Of a stretch of 62,567 nt of DNA, positions 26,860 through 40,599 are shown piece after piece. The stretch's first letter is position 1. The number at the start of each line of letters is the position of its first letter. Under the pieces are notes generated by a model. It was not told the DNA's origin and searched no databases. It saw only the letters and a program-made list of their open reading frames with translations. The DNA comes from Gnetum montanum (lineage: Eukaryota; Plantae; Gnetophyta), in the NCBI GenBank assembly GCA_015680685.1, contig MNCI01000752.1, positions 1 to 62,567 of the forward strand, in the 5' to 3' direction. The position numbers and the translations under genes were made by a program.

Positions 26860-27365
26860 TGTTAAGGAATGAAAAACTTCTACATCAATTCGATAAGAAA
26901 TTAGAGACAACCATGATAAAACCATGGATCTTAATACTAAGGGTTATATATAACTGATAGTTTTGGTATAATATTCATGGTTGTAAATAATTATAATTAA
27001 ATAACATATAATAATTATAGTTATTTACTCATTGTGGTTAATTATGAAGAGACATGACTTTATAGTTTTAGAGTGATATCATTCTATCAAGTTTTTGGTG
27101 CATTATATACTAAGGCATTCCATCTCTATAATAATGAACATATCATTTACATTTCTTAGGAGACTATGTTACTATTTTATTTCTTTATTTATTGGATAAT
27201 TGTGCTCATCACTAGAGATCCTAGCCTTGTTGTTGCATTATTTCTAATAGTTTCTCCATTTGTATCTTAGAATGTATCGAATGACTTAAAAAGATTCTTG
27301 GAGAGATTTTATATTTGTAATTTTATGGATCTAATATGCATGAATTTTCTCCCATACATTTAACA
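26860..27365 (+). repeat. Copia 3' LTR (~506 bp)
   Basis: Follows the PPT at 26851-26859. Terminal inverted repeats TGTTAA/TTAACA. TATATAA at ~27127. Confidence 0.7.
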
Positions 27366-28210
27366 TTTGAAGCTAGATATTTTTAAACTTGAACATACTA
27401 TGAGAGGTCCTTATTTACCTCTATCTTACCATGATGAGATGAGAATATAAGCAACACTAAGGACTACAACAAAGAACAAGGATGTGTTGAGCTAAAAATA
27501 TCCTTAACAACCAACATCTATTGAGTTAAGAGGCTCAGACTTCATTGTCATAAACATCTCCAAGTAAAATGAATGTCAATTAGAAAAAGGTAGATGAATT
27601 TAACTATTTCCCTCATAAATGAAAAAACCCTATATTCTATAATATAGGTATGCCCTATGAATTATTTCATTGCATCCTCAGTGACTATGTAACTATCTTT
27701 CTTCTTGAAATGATCTAGGAGCTCATTAAACAACAAATTTCAAAATTTCTCCATTAAGAGGGTATGGACATTGATGATAGTAAATATTTCTAGCTTAAAT
27801 AAAATGAATATCATACCTAGCTTGAAATAAACTAATTTCAAATGTATGTAGTAAAGGACAACTAGTCCTAAGCATTATACACCTCTTAGAGCAATGATAA
27901 TCTTTTAGCAATTTTCTAGTAGTAAGGGTGACCATTGCTAACTTAATGTTCTGGATACATAAGATGTTCATTTTAATCCTCTTTTTCAAACTCATCATTT
28001 TCCTAAACCTTTCTTAGTCATTAAGCTCTTTTACATTTCATGATACCAAGAACATTAAAGAAATTTTAGTTTGTCAATAATGGGTGCCCTTTTTAGGCTA
28101 CTTTACATTGCTTATGATCCATCTAGAATTTTCATTTAGTTTGTCATCTTTATTGTTTAGCATATTAAGGTAATGAAATTGATATGTTGGGTAGCTAAAT
28201 CATGGAGATA

Positions 28211-30116
28211 TGATGAAGCATCATTTTATCAAGTGTATTAGTCAACTGGGATATCATAGATGCTATATTGCAGATGCTACATTGCATCTACATGGTAGCA
28301 TCCTTGTCGATGTGTCTTAGTTTGTTGCTACATCACATCTACTATATTGCATCTACTATAACTTAGTTACATCAATGCATCCTCATCGAAGCGACTAAAT
28401 GAGTTAACACATCCTTGTTGACGCAATGTCTATATTTACTTATAAATATGCAAGCACCCACCATGTACTTACTACCATTTGGCCAATAGTATAGTCAAAA
28501 TCTTATAGTTTTATTTCAAAATATTTGTAAATAGTTAGTGAATGCACATAGTGTGGATTTAAGGAAATTGTACAATGTATTATTTAAGTGGAATTATACC
28601 TAGATACATTTCATGAATGGTAATAAGATTGAGATTAATTCATATTCATGAAAACACTTTGACTTAGAATAGATTTTATTTCAATGCAATTTACTTTCTA
28701 TGTACTGAGTTGATATTCATATTTTTATGCACATTAACCAATTGGTAGAATGAGTGTGACCATTTTTTAGCATAAAAATGTATTCACTTGGTAATCCCAG
28801 TAGCATTATTTCTTTGTTTGTCCAATAGCATAACACTTTGTAATTCCAACAGTGAGTATGTGAGTTCAGGACATGTACCATAAGCTGGGAATGGATACTC
28901 ATCACCCTTAGGATAGTTTTATATTTAATTTATTATTAATTATATAAAATAATTAATTTCTATGTTATTGTTTAGTTAGTTTAAGCCCACAACAACATCA
29001 ATAATCATATGGATCACTTTGGACTAAACCATAGATGATAAAGTCATCACTAGTTCAAGTGAGAAGATAGTAACCTACAATCAATACTTAACAATTTAGA
29101 TACCGTACTAGTTTCATCTATAGAATTTAATCAAATTACACATAAACACTTGTGATTCATATGGTTGGACATAGGGGATACCTATCGCTCATCATTGGTA
29201 TTGTTGTTGGGGATGGTGCTAGTGATCTAGAGGAGTTATATTACATATGGTCATTATAAAAGCATTAAAGATTTATATTTCTAGAAAAAAATTTATTAAT
29301 TAATATTTTAAGCCACACACATTAGCAAATAAAAACATGTCTTATTCACATAAGGCTTACAGGCCATCCCACAATGAGAACAGGAGGAGAAATAATAGGA
29401 CTTATATTGATGAGAAATGAAGTGAACCATTACAAGCATGGGTCTCATATGATCATTTCAACCCTTAATATATTCAAAGACTACATTCAACTATCATGAA
29501 AAATCATAGAGGGGATGGAACAAGTCCTAAAATAAGGAAGGCCTTAAGGCCAAGGACCTCCTCCAAACCTAGAAGAGATAAATCAAGGGACCATGGGGGG
29601 AGATATAGGAGCCATGGTGATTCTCCTAGTTTGCCTTCCTTTTCTTCATCATCAACATCTAGTTTTAACAAAAATGGATGTAGGTATGGAGATAGACATA
29701 TACTAAGGAGTCAAGATGAAGATATAAATGGAAATCAAAGACAAGATACAAGGTATCAAATAGACCATGAATGAGATCATCATAATAAAAAAAATAGAAA
29801 TAGAGATTATCACCATGACATGTTTAATGATAATGAACCCTTATTGGCTACCAAAGCATGATATAGATCATGGAGGCAATTAGAATACCCCACAGGCATC
29901 AAAGGGAAAACTACATAAAACAACCTGATATGAATAACATTTCTAAATTTGAGAGAGATTATAATTCCTATCCACAACATTACTTACAAGTCTTCCATGA
30001 TGCTTGCACTTTCCAAATATTAAAAGCAAGTAACAAAGGTTAAGCTCTTCCCCATGATATTAATAGAGAAAGCTAAAAACTGGTATAGGTCATTAGAACT
30101 AGATTTAATTCACCAG
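28211..30116 (+). mobile_element. Athila family 1 copy C: LTR, PBS and 5' gag, interrupted at 30117
   Basis: LTR TGATGA (28211)...CTCATCA (29194). PBS TGGTATTGTTGTTGGGGAT (decayed TGGCGCCGTTGCCGGGGAT, tRNA-Asp). 29830-30116 is homologous to the gag of copy B at 40560-40850. Confidence 0.8.
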
Positions 30117-31058
30117 TGATGAAAGGTGAGGTACCCCTATGCCCAACCATGTGTGTTTCAGTCAAATTTTATAAACTTTATAGTTTCTAGTGCACTAGTA
30201 TTCTACGAAGTGAATCTTTGCCTTAAGGTCAATCATTGTCTTCCCAATTACACTTGTGACGTACACTAGTATCGTTAAGTGTAATTGAGACATCTAATTT
30301 TTATCCTTTTATATTTTATGGTTTGGTGTTCAAAAGNGCATCTAATTTTTATCCTTTTATATTTTATGGTTTGGTGTTCAAAAGAAGATAAAAGTAATTG
30401 GATTTAACTAATTTAAATTAACTAATTAACCAATATCTAACTAGTCCTAACATAAGCATCTGGTCCCACTTTCTACACATGTCCTACCCACATATCCACT
30501 ACTGGGTTACCAAGCGCTACACTACTAGGCATACCAAGTAATAATGTTGCTGGGATTACCAAGCAAATACACGTCATGCTCAAAGTGGTCATACTTACAT
30601 GTTTAATTTATCTCACTTATCTTACTTAATTGCTTCATTAGCTTAATTACTAGAAATCATTTAATAAATAATTTAAAACATTAAATGCATAAATGAAATA
30701 TTTAATCTATCCAAAGTGTTGCAAGGTTTATCAAAAAGATCATCTTTATTATCGCACATACTATTATGCTTAGGTACAACAATGCTCGAATAAAGATCCA
30801 TACACTCAATGACTCCTACTGTGGGCACATGGGGAAAATATTCTAACTCTTAAATGAACAAAAGTACAAGAGCTTCTCTACTACTAAAATGTCAATGCCA
30901 TAAATGTGGCTAATAGGCATGTATTTATAGACAAAATATGGACACTATGTCAGTGGGGCCTTATCAACGCACGATATGATGTGTCGATGAGGCCTTGTCG
31001 ATGCATCTAACAAAAATATGACTTATCATACAACATCTGACAAAACTATGACTTATCA
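30117..31058 (-). repeat. 3' LTR of Athila copy A
   Basis: Termini TGATAAGT / TTCATCA on the minus strand; homologous to 38719-39630; ~30-bp duplication at its 5' end. Confidence 0.85.
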
Positions 31059-31286
31059 TATCCCCACAACTAAATAAAAAATCTTCCTCAAGTTCTTTTA
31101 TAAAATTGGAAAGGTATGGGATTATTAACTAACCTTTCATAAACAAAATAGAATAACTTGACAAAAATGGAGTGCCTGTGTGTACAGATCAGCCCATTAC
31201 AAAAATGATAGTGTTCATGACACAAAATTGAATACCATGACATGACTCTTTAAAATTGGATATCATGTTCCTTGATGGCATGAAGT

Positions 31287-34054
31287 TTAATGGAGAGGAT
31301 CAAATAGTCCTACTACTACTACAACTTCTAGTAGGAGGTGGAAAACATCCATCAGTGCTTTCATTTTCTCCTCCTTGCTTCTAAAATAATGCATTGTCCA
31401 TGTAGCTTTGCCAATGTGCATCAGAATGGACACATCCCAAGAACATGAAATTACTAGAAATAGCTCCTTGGCATTGATAAAATAGGTAGTGAATTTTTTG
31501 CATTCAATGTCAAGTGCTCTAACTGTATCCTTCAACTCCTAGTAATCATTCATCATTTTGGCTAGGTTCTTAGAAGTTGATCATTGGTCTATGAATCATG
31601 CTTTGAGAACTTTGAGTTCATCATTTGTAGTCTCAAGCTTCTACTTAGTGTTTTTATGATGCTTGAACTCTACCTCGTATAGCAAATACAAGCTACCCAC
31701 TAATTTCTCTAACTCTAACCATGGTTATTGAATAGTAAGCATAGCCAGGTTCATAGATCGGAGATTGTCCAACTTCCTATATTCTACCATTTCTTCTATT
31801 TGCAACTCCTTTAGGTGGATCTCTACTTTTTTGTAGGCATCAAACCCATCAACGATGGGCTACCAAACTTCTCTTCCTTATTGGAGTTTCTAGAGAGATT
31901 TATTTATGTTTTCCTTCATCATTTGGATATGCTCTTCATTTACTTCCTTCTATAGTCCAATTTGGTCTCTATAGTGATTTTTGACTTTTTTAAACTTCAA
32001 GGCTTCATTTTTCTAGGCGACAATCTCAATAGCAAATTTCTAGCACAAGGAATGAACTTCCTCCATTGGCATATTCCAATTTTTTATAGCCAGTCTCCTT
32101 AACTTAGTATTTACCTTGGCAAGTTGCTCTTGTTGTTGATGAATAAATTCTTACATTTGTTCCTTATGGGCATCAACATTACACAGGTGATAATTTTTGG
32201 AATTCGGAGCCTCATTTTCCTAGCACATCTTAGCCAAGTCCTTCTGAATTGAGTACATCTTTGCTTCTGCTATGGACTAGTTGAAGATGGTCATTATCAC
32301 TTCATACTCAACCTTCCTAAATCATTCTTGAAGCTATTGAAAAGCTTCATCTCTGGTTGTTGTTAGGTTGAGAATTATAGGATCAACAAGATGAGCATGT
32401 AATTTGGCAATCTTCATGGCCAAGCATTGATTTTATGCTTGAGCTATTTTGAGTTGCCCCTCCAAAATGATGCATTTGGCCCTTATGTCTAGTAGCCCTA
32501 ACTAGGTTGTGATGATGTCTTCTAAAAAATCAAAGATATCCAGAATCAGTTGCCTAATCGCCACCAGTCAATCAATCAATTCTTCATGCAAGGCAACATT
32601 CAACTTTTTGAATACCATGCCTACGGACATCTACACATCTCAAAGTGTAGATATGTATGGTTCAAATGCCACAGGTGAATTAAGTGCTTTGGAAACATAG
32701 TCAACAACAACTTCAACCACCATCTCTTGCCCTTAGTGCTACATCACTAGGACAATTGCCCCTTCACCTTCCTCCAAACACACCAAGAAGGTGATGGCAT
32801 TCCTAGAGATAATAACACCTCATCTCTCAAGCATTGGGATTAGACCTCATGGGAAATTTCCTTCATTGGGTAGAAAATATTAGTCCACCCCTCTCAATCT
32901 AGCTAATTATTCAAGCCACCTCATTAAGGTAACTCATTGCTAGTTGTTACATAGATGGATCTGCACTACTTGTCCTTGCATGTTGCTCTTACTCATGCAA
33001 GAGCTGCTCTCAAATTTTGTGCAAGCCATAAATGGTTGCACAGGCCTTCAATGTTGTTCCTTAAGTAGGAAGTGGTGGTGGAAGCTACTCCTCTTCTTGA
33101 GTTATAGTTGACATCTTTTCCTTCATGAATTTGGACCATGAGGCCAAAAGAGCATGCCTAATTGTATCATTGGCATAGTAGATGATTCCTACCATTTTGC
33201 AGAGTTTCTAGATGAGGCACAAAAAGGGTAGGGATTTCCTTCCATATTTTTTTTCCTTGAAACACTTTTCAATATCCAAGTAGATGAGTTGTGGGAGGTT
33301 TATGGAAAATCTCCCACTTAGAGAGGTGCATGCTTAGGTAGAAAAGACGATCACCTTGTTGGGCCTCACCGTTGGATTGGGATGATAGGTCATAATTTTA
33401 AAATATATGTGCTCTGCAGATGTGAGTGCACCATACTCCTTATGGTTGACCTTGTAACACTGCTAAGTCCCACTTCTTCTTGGCCTTAATATCACCTTTC
33501 TTTGATAGCTCCCTCACTTATGTCCCAATGTCAAGCAATCCCAGTGCCTGTGCAATAGCTTCAAACAAGTAGGACACCTGAATATCCTTGATTTTTACTA
33601 TGGACCCTAGAATTCTATTGTTCCAGAAGAGATATGTCTCTCCCATGCACCATTCTCCACTGGATGTGATGATTGGCCACATGGAAGAGGTTTGCAATTA
33701 TGCTTTGACATCTGCTAGATCTTTCTCTAGGAATGGTCCAAATTTTATTTCCTGAAGAACTAATCATTGAATCTCTCAGGACCTAATGATGTCAAGGTAG
33801 GCTTGAGTCAAAGTGACTTCAAGCCTAAACGTGGGTCCTAGCACTTCTCCTCGCTATGATTGTTTTGTGGGCATTTCTTCTTCTAGAATATATTAAACAA
33901 ATTCCACTTTGGGCTTTTCATGAAGAGGTTTCATTGCATGGGTTGTCTCTAGTAGCTCTTGGGCTTGTTCTTGTTGGCCCCTTTCAACTTTGGTTCATTT
34001 CTCCCTTGGTTGAGAAGGTTCTCCTTTCTATGGGTGCCTAGGTCTTGGTGCCAT
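31287..34054 (-). pseudogene. Extra 3' ORF (~2.8 kb) at the Athila env-like position, degenerate; charged, coiled-coil-like C-terminal half
   Basis: Starts TTATAG|ATG GCA CCA AGA (MAPRPRHP) at 34054. Coding-like composition continues to the stop at 31287 (...EEKMKALMDVFHLLLEVVVVVGLFDPLH*). It lies between the two PPTs. Confidence 0.6.
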
Positions 34055-36169
34055 CTATAATCACAATAAGACCATGGATTAGCAAAGGTTGTGTAACAAG
34101 AAGCAATTAGAATACCTTTATCTCTTTAGAATAGTTACACTTGGCTATGTTGTAATTATGGTTGATTTAATTATTCCAAGCATTATTTTATTTATGTGTT
34201 ATTATTAATAAATCATCCTCAAAGTTGTTGAAAGGGTTAACTCTCGAAAAAATTAATGTTTTTATATTATTAAGGTTATTAATCCTTTGGGGGAGTTAGA
34301 AAATTTTTCAAAAACTTCATTAGAAACCTTAATGTTTGCAACCCCCCACAATAAAGAGCTTACCTCCAATAGCTATAGGATCAAAGAATAGAGTGATTTG
34401 GACAAATGGTTGGGAAGTTAAGGGCTCTAGAGGTTTTTGGGCTCTAAAAAATGGCAAAAACTCCCCGTGTTATGAGGCAAATGACAAAAATTTCTAAGTT
34501 TGTGGTGATATATATAGGATTTTTTCACTGCGTCGACGAGGCCTCGTCGATGCAGCTATTAACCACCATAGACAACTATTGACTTTGGTCAAACTTGCAA
34601 AACACAAATATATTTTGAATGAAATTAGGGTCAAATGAAAGTTCAAAAGGCCAAGAAAAGTATGAAAATATGAGAAGAGGGTGTTGGATCTCATAAATTT
34701 GGAAAAATGAAGAAAGAATGATTCAAGAATTGAATGAAATAAAAGGTTAAGAAGCACTAAGCGAAATACACAATGGAATATGCAAAAGATAGGATTATAG
34801 CAATGTTTAAGGTAAGAAACCTTAACTAACCAAACCAAAAGCTATGTAAGTGGGTCCTTCTCATAGCAAGCTCATGCCCTTTTTGCCCTTACATAACCTC
34901 AAATAAGGAATCCATAGGCCCCATAGTTGATTAACGATAATGAAAAGTTAAGGATCAACCAAGAAGAATCTATCCAAAATTCCAACATATCAAACTAAGA
35001 CATAGAGCATAACATAGAACCTGGAAACAAGGTGAGTTATGGCATCATGGATCGATGACAAAGAAGATGAAATGGAGTTCTAAATTAATGTCATAAGAAG
35101 TCCTTTGTGGAATTTGTTTTTAAAATAACAAGAATATCCATCCTCAGTCTAGACCAAGCCACTTTCAATGACTTTGCATTGCCATTCTAAGACTGGTCCA
35201 CCTACACGAGACACAAGAGTGCTTCCACAAAAAAACCACCATTCCATAAAGAGAAGAAAAGAGAGAAGTAGAAAGTGAGAGAGGGCCTTAGTTAGAGGGG
35301 ACCTTCAAGCATGGGTGCATGTCTTTCTAGTCCCATAACTAGTGCTTGTAGCTCATTTATTTGTCTAAGAAGTGTGCTTTGAATTCCTATCATGTTTTTC
35401 TTAAAAAAATTTTGGAGGGAAACCACACCATGTAAATAATTATTCATTTATTATGTCTACAGGGTGTGATTTGAATTCCCATCATTTTTTTTTTGGATTT
35501 TTGGATGGGAACCACACCATGCAAAGACTTTATTTGACTTCCTATTAGTGATTNGTTGCTTTAATTGAAGGAACCTTAAATTCCCAGAACAAGGAAAACC
35601 ATAGAGTTTATTGGATGGGTGGATGATGTGGACTCACTACCTTATTCATGAAAAATAAACCATGCCAAAGTTATTAGAAATTAGAATTCAAATATAGAAA
35701 CTANTTTGCTTTAATGGAAGGAACCTTAAATTCCCAGAACAAGGAAAACCATAGAGTTTTTTGGATNTTGTGTCTTATGGTAATAAGGCAATTTTATTAG
35801 CAAACATGAGGAAATATCACACTTGAACAAAACAAAACAAAAAAAAAGTAAAATATATAAGAAATCCTAAAATAATCAAGAAGAGTTCAAATGTACTAAC
35901 AATGATGTAAAATTAGAAAAATCTAAAAATCAAAAATTTGTCAAATGAATAAATAATTTGTAAAAATAAAAAATGTGAAAAACAAAAAGTAGAAAAACAG
36001 AGAATCCATATGGATTGTTAGCATGGATGGCCATCTCCCCCACAACTAAGCTAGAAGGAGAAGATCTAATAAATTGAATGTGGTTATTCATCTATCAATG
36101 TGGTAGTTGTACTGGCCTATCTTAGTTCAAGGAAAGGTTTTACTTGTTGAATGTTGACCAACTACTTTT

Positions 36170-38718
36170 TATTTGGGCTTTTAGGTTTGTTGATTAACAT
36201 GGCCTCAATAGAAAAGTTTTCATCAATTATATAAGTTCCCTTCCACAATGTTTGAAATTTTTGCTTCTTGAGTACATGTGTGGGGTTCTAGTAGAGGACT
36301 TTATCTCCTAGTTGAAGTTTTACCTTTCGTATTCTTAAATCATGATGTTGCTTATATAATGCCTTGTGCAGCTCATTCAAAGATAGAACCACTAATCAAT
36401 TTTTATCTAGCACGTTTAAGTTGATCAATTTTTCTTTCTGTGCTAGACTTAGGTTAAGGTTCAGATCATAGGCTATTGAGAGTTTATGGAGCTTGGATTG
36501 GATCAAGAGCATTGAAATTTTTTTGTACACCAACTTGTAGGAAGAGTAGCTAATAAGAAGTTTTCATGTTGAATAGTAAGCCCAGAGGGCATTATTAATT
36601 TTTGTACTCCAATTTCTCCTATATTTGCTAATAGTCTATGTTAGTATTTTTGTGATCTCCTAGTTGGTTACCTCTACTTGATCATTGGCTTAGGGGTGGT
36701 AGAGTGTTGTTAATTTATGTTCAACCCCTAAGTGTTGCATTAACTTTCTAAAATTGGCACCTGTGAAATGAGTTCCATTGTCAGAAATGAGTGAATGTGG
36801 CATCCCAAACCTATTTACAATATTTTGCTATATAAATCTAGTAGTAGTGAACAATGTACAATCAGTAACATCTACTGCTTCTACCCATTTTGTGTAGTAG
36901 TCAACTTCTATGATATTATATGCCTTTCCATTGGACATGGGTGTGATGGAACCCATGAAGTCAATGTCCCATATGTCAAAAGGTCCCAATGGTTGAATCC
37001 ACTATTGAGGACCTTCCATGCAAGCAGTCATCCCCCCATCATGTTGACAACATTCACAAGATTTGACAAATTGGTAAGCATTCCTGAAGAATGTAGGCCA
37101 ATAGTATCCTACCATTAGTATTTTTATGGCCATGCATCTTTGTGCATAGTAGCCTCCACAAGGCCCTTCATGAGCATCCTAAAGAATGTGCAGTTGATCT
37201 TCATCAAGGACACAACAATGAATCAATCCATCGATGCACACCTTGTAAAAGCGTTTGTTGATTTTCATGAAATATTTTACCTGATGAAAATTTTTTGCTT
37301 CTTTCTAAAGTCAAAATATTATGCCATCTCCGAAGTGATAAGATAAATGAGGATGCCATTATACCATGTTGTTTTAATGGGTGTTTATTCATTTATTGCT
37401 CTTGAAAGAAGAGTTTGTTAAAAAAATTCTTCCTCTTTATTATCCCATTTTAAGTGAGAGAGATGGTTAGTGATCACATTCTTGATCTCTTTTCAATCTA
37501 CCATCATGAGATCAAGTTCTTACAAGATCATGAGCCATTGTATGACACAAGAGCTCATCATTGGCTTTTTCATGAGGAAGCAAATTGCACTATGATCTAT
37601 GTGCACAAATACTTTGTAGCCAAGCCCATAGTTCCTAAACTTCTTAAGAGCATATACTACAACCATTAGTTCTTTTTCTATGGTGGTGTAATTTAATTAT
37701 GCTCCTACAATGCTTTGGCTTGTGCAGTGAATGTAGTATGGATGTTTGTTATCATCCATCTACATGAGCACTACTCCCATGATGTAGTTAGATACATCTG
37801 TCATGATGTGGAAAGGTTTATACTAATCTAGTACTTGTAGGATTGGTGTTTCTACAAGTTTTTCATTTAACTATTGGAATACATGGTCACACTCTTTAGT
37901 CAAAACGAAAGGTGCATATTTCTTTGTAAGCTCTACCAATGATTTTACAATCTTACAAAAATTCTCTATGAATTGCAAGTAGTAGCCAATGTGTCCAAGG
38001 AATGATTTGACATCTTTGACCATCTTTGGTTGATGTGTAATTTCTTAGATGACCCTTATCTTTTTTGGGTCTACCTCAATCCCTTTTTGTGAAATTTAGT
38101 GCCCTAATAAAATGTCATCTTGGACCATGAGATGGCTCTTTTGCAAGTTGAGTTGCAGGTTTGTTTCAACACATCTCTTCAATACTTGCTCAAGGTAGTC
38201 CAAGGTTTGCTCAAACATAGCTCCATAGTTGGAAAATTCATCCATGAAGACTTCCACAACACTACTGATATGTTACTAAAAAATACTAAGGACTAGGCAT
38301 TGAAATGTTACAAGGGCATTGCATAGACCAAATGGCATCTTACAATATGCAAAATTCCCCTAAGAACTCATGAATGTTGTCTTGTCCTAATATTCTGGTG
38401 CAATTTGGATTTGGTTATAGCCACTATAACCATCCAAGAAGTTATCATAATAATGCCCAAATATGGTATCCAACACTTGATCCACAAATGGCAATGGAAA
38501 CTGATCTTTAAACATTGTCATATTCAATAGCCTAAAGTTGATTCATATTGGCCACTTGCCATCTTTCTTTGGCACAATTACAATTGGGCTAACCCACTCA
38601 CTATCCATGATGGGATAGATAAACCTTGCCTTGAGGATTGTTCAATTTTCTCCCTAATGATGTACTTCAATTTGGGATTCAACCATCTCTGCAGCTACCT
38701 TCTTGGCTTCATGGTTGG
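36170..38718 (-). pseudogene. pol: Ty3/gypsy pol (RT, RNase H, integrase), degenerate
   Basis: SEWVSPIVIVPKKDGKW, FLDGYSGYNQI, MPFGLCNA, VFMDEF; RNaseH YTTIEKEL; integrase HEGPCGGY..CESCQ, VDYYTKWVEA, RFGMPHSLISDNGTHF, HP*ANDQVE. Confidence 0.95.
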
Positions 38719-39630
38719 TGATGAGTCATTGTTGGTTGACTACATTGATGAGGCCTCATGGACGAGGCCCTATCGATGCATCTTGTCCTGCATTGACAAG
38801 GCCTTGTCAATGTAGTGTCTATCTATCACCTATAAATACACATCTACTAGCTGCATTTATGGTAATCTAGATTTTAGTAGCAGCCAAGCTCTTACATTAT
38901 TTCCATTTGAAAGTTAGAATTTTTTCCTTGAGTGCCCACAATAGGATTTATTGAGTGTACGGATATTTATTCAAGCATTGTTATACCTAAGCATGATAAT
39001 ATGTGCCGCAATAAAGATGAGCTTCCTGATAAACCTTGTAGCACTTTGGATATATTAGCTATTTTATTTATGCATTCAATGTTTTCAATTATTTGTTAAT
39101 TATTCTCAGTTATATCACAAATATTTTCTAAAAATTAAGTTTATGAGGTTATTAAGTTAGATAAATTAAATACATAAGTACAATTGCTTCAAGTGTAACA
39201 CATATTCGCTTGGTAATCCCTACGTTACTACTTGGTACACCCAGTAGCATAGCGCTTGGTCGCCTAGCAATAAATACGTGGGTTGAGGACATGTACAAAA
39301 AGTGGGAATGGATACTTATGTTAGGATTACTTAAATTATTAGTTAATTAATTAATTTAGATTAGTTAATCAAATTACCTTTATCTACATTCAAGCACTAA
39401 CTTATAAAACATTAAAAAAAAGAATAAAAATTGAATGCCTGAGTTACACTTAACCATACCAATGAACATCACAAGTGTAATTGGGAAGACAAAAATTGAC
39501 ATTAAGGCTATATTTACTTCCTAAAGGGCTAGTGCAATAGAAACGATGAATTCCTTGGAATTTGACCAAATTGTGCATAAACGCTTTATGATTTGTATGC
39601 TTGGGTGTAGGCGTACCTCACTACTCATCA
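38719..39630 (+). repeat. 5' LTR of Athila copy B (912 bp)
   Basis: TGATGAGT...ACTCATCA termini; CCTATAAATA at ~38829. Confidence 0.9.
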
Positions 39631-39631
39631 T

Positions 39632-39649
39632 TGGCATCATTGCCAGGGA
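39632..39649 (+). promoter_or_regulatory. Primer-binding site, tRNA-Asp type (Athila)
   Basis: TGGCATCATTGCCAGGGA versus the canonical TGGCGCCGTTGCCGGGGA; all differences are transitions. Confidence 0.85.
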
Positions 39650-40599
39650 CTTTGTTTGTAGAACGTGCACTACTTGGGTCTAAGTGAATATCACTAATAT
39701 CATTGTATGAACCTAAAGGTCCATATCATTCCCACTATACATAAAATTATGAAAGCACACTAACAATTTCATTTTGTTTTGCAAAATTTCTTCTTCTCGC
39801 AAGCCCAAAGATGCTAAACCACTGATCCCATAAGAATGCAAGGTGGTCTACACTCATCCAAATGATTTTGTGCCAAATTTCATCTTCATCCTACATCAAG
39901 ATGAACAAATGTGATGGCAAGATATGAAGGGCAACATCATCTTACCCCCTAATAGATCTGTGCCTAGAATGCTATTTAAAACCCTTAAGAAGTTGGACAT
40001 TGCAGATCTTCAAGAAGAGTACGTTGTTGATGGATACAACACTAAGCAAGATAAAACATAATGTAAGAAAGATAAATGTCAACAGAAACTCCATTAAGCT
40101 ACAAAGGGAAAACATTACACTAACCCCTTATTCCTACTAGATCAAGAAGACAATGAAGATCCTCCCTTGGAAGGTTCTCAACATGAAGATTCACTACCCC
40201 CTGCTACTGAGGGCAAGGATGTGAACCTAACCCTATGATCAACTATTCATAAATTAGGGATAGGAAAGAATAATAGCCAAATTAGGAACTCAAGTAAACA
40301 TTGCAATAATAAGGGATCTAAGGATGGTGATCATAATAAGCATAAGAGTGGTGGTGGACACTATAGTGGTAGTGGTAGTCCACCTTCCTCTCCATCCTCT
40401 TCATCTAATTCTAAAAATTCCTCTTCATCTAATAGTTTTCATGGAATTCACCATCGAAACAACTACAACGAAGATGATCAACAAAATAACAGTGACTATC
40501 AAGGCCATCAAAACTAAAAGGGTGGCTAAAACCATCATTGGCATCATTAATGCACTGATGATGATGAACCTTTATTGGTGACTCATAATATGCTTAACA

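Larger units (their letters stand above)
17634..27365 (+). mobile_element. Ty1/copia retrotransposon relic, split by the Athila-2 insertion at 19944
   Basis: Domain order PR-INT-RT-RH. Protease NSSASHHF at ~18350; GAG-pre-integrase WHLRVGHIN at ~18768; RT TWKLV...CRWMFKIK...LYQLDIK...CKIKKSLYELKQA at 19480-19940; RNaseH FHKRMKHIE...YFTKPF at 26655-26820; PPT GATGGGGGG; 3' LTR TGTTAA...TTAACA. Confidence 0.85.
30117..38718 (-). mobile_element. Athila family 1 copy A, 3' two-thirds: RT-RNaseH-INT, extra 3' ORF and 3' LTR
   Basis: pol at 38718-~36170 on the minus strand, homologous to 43240-44920(+). Twin PPT-like motifs TTAGTTGTGGGG at ~36040 and ~31065. The LTR at 30117-31058 is the reverse-complement homologue of 38719-39630. 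Confidence 0.9.

Noticed and set aside
36795-37669. Plus-strand ORFs
   Set aside because: They are antisense shadows of the minus-strand pol.
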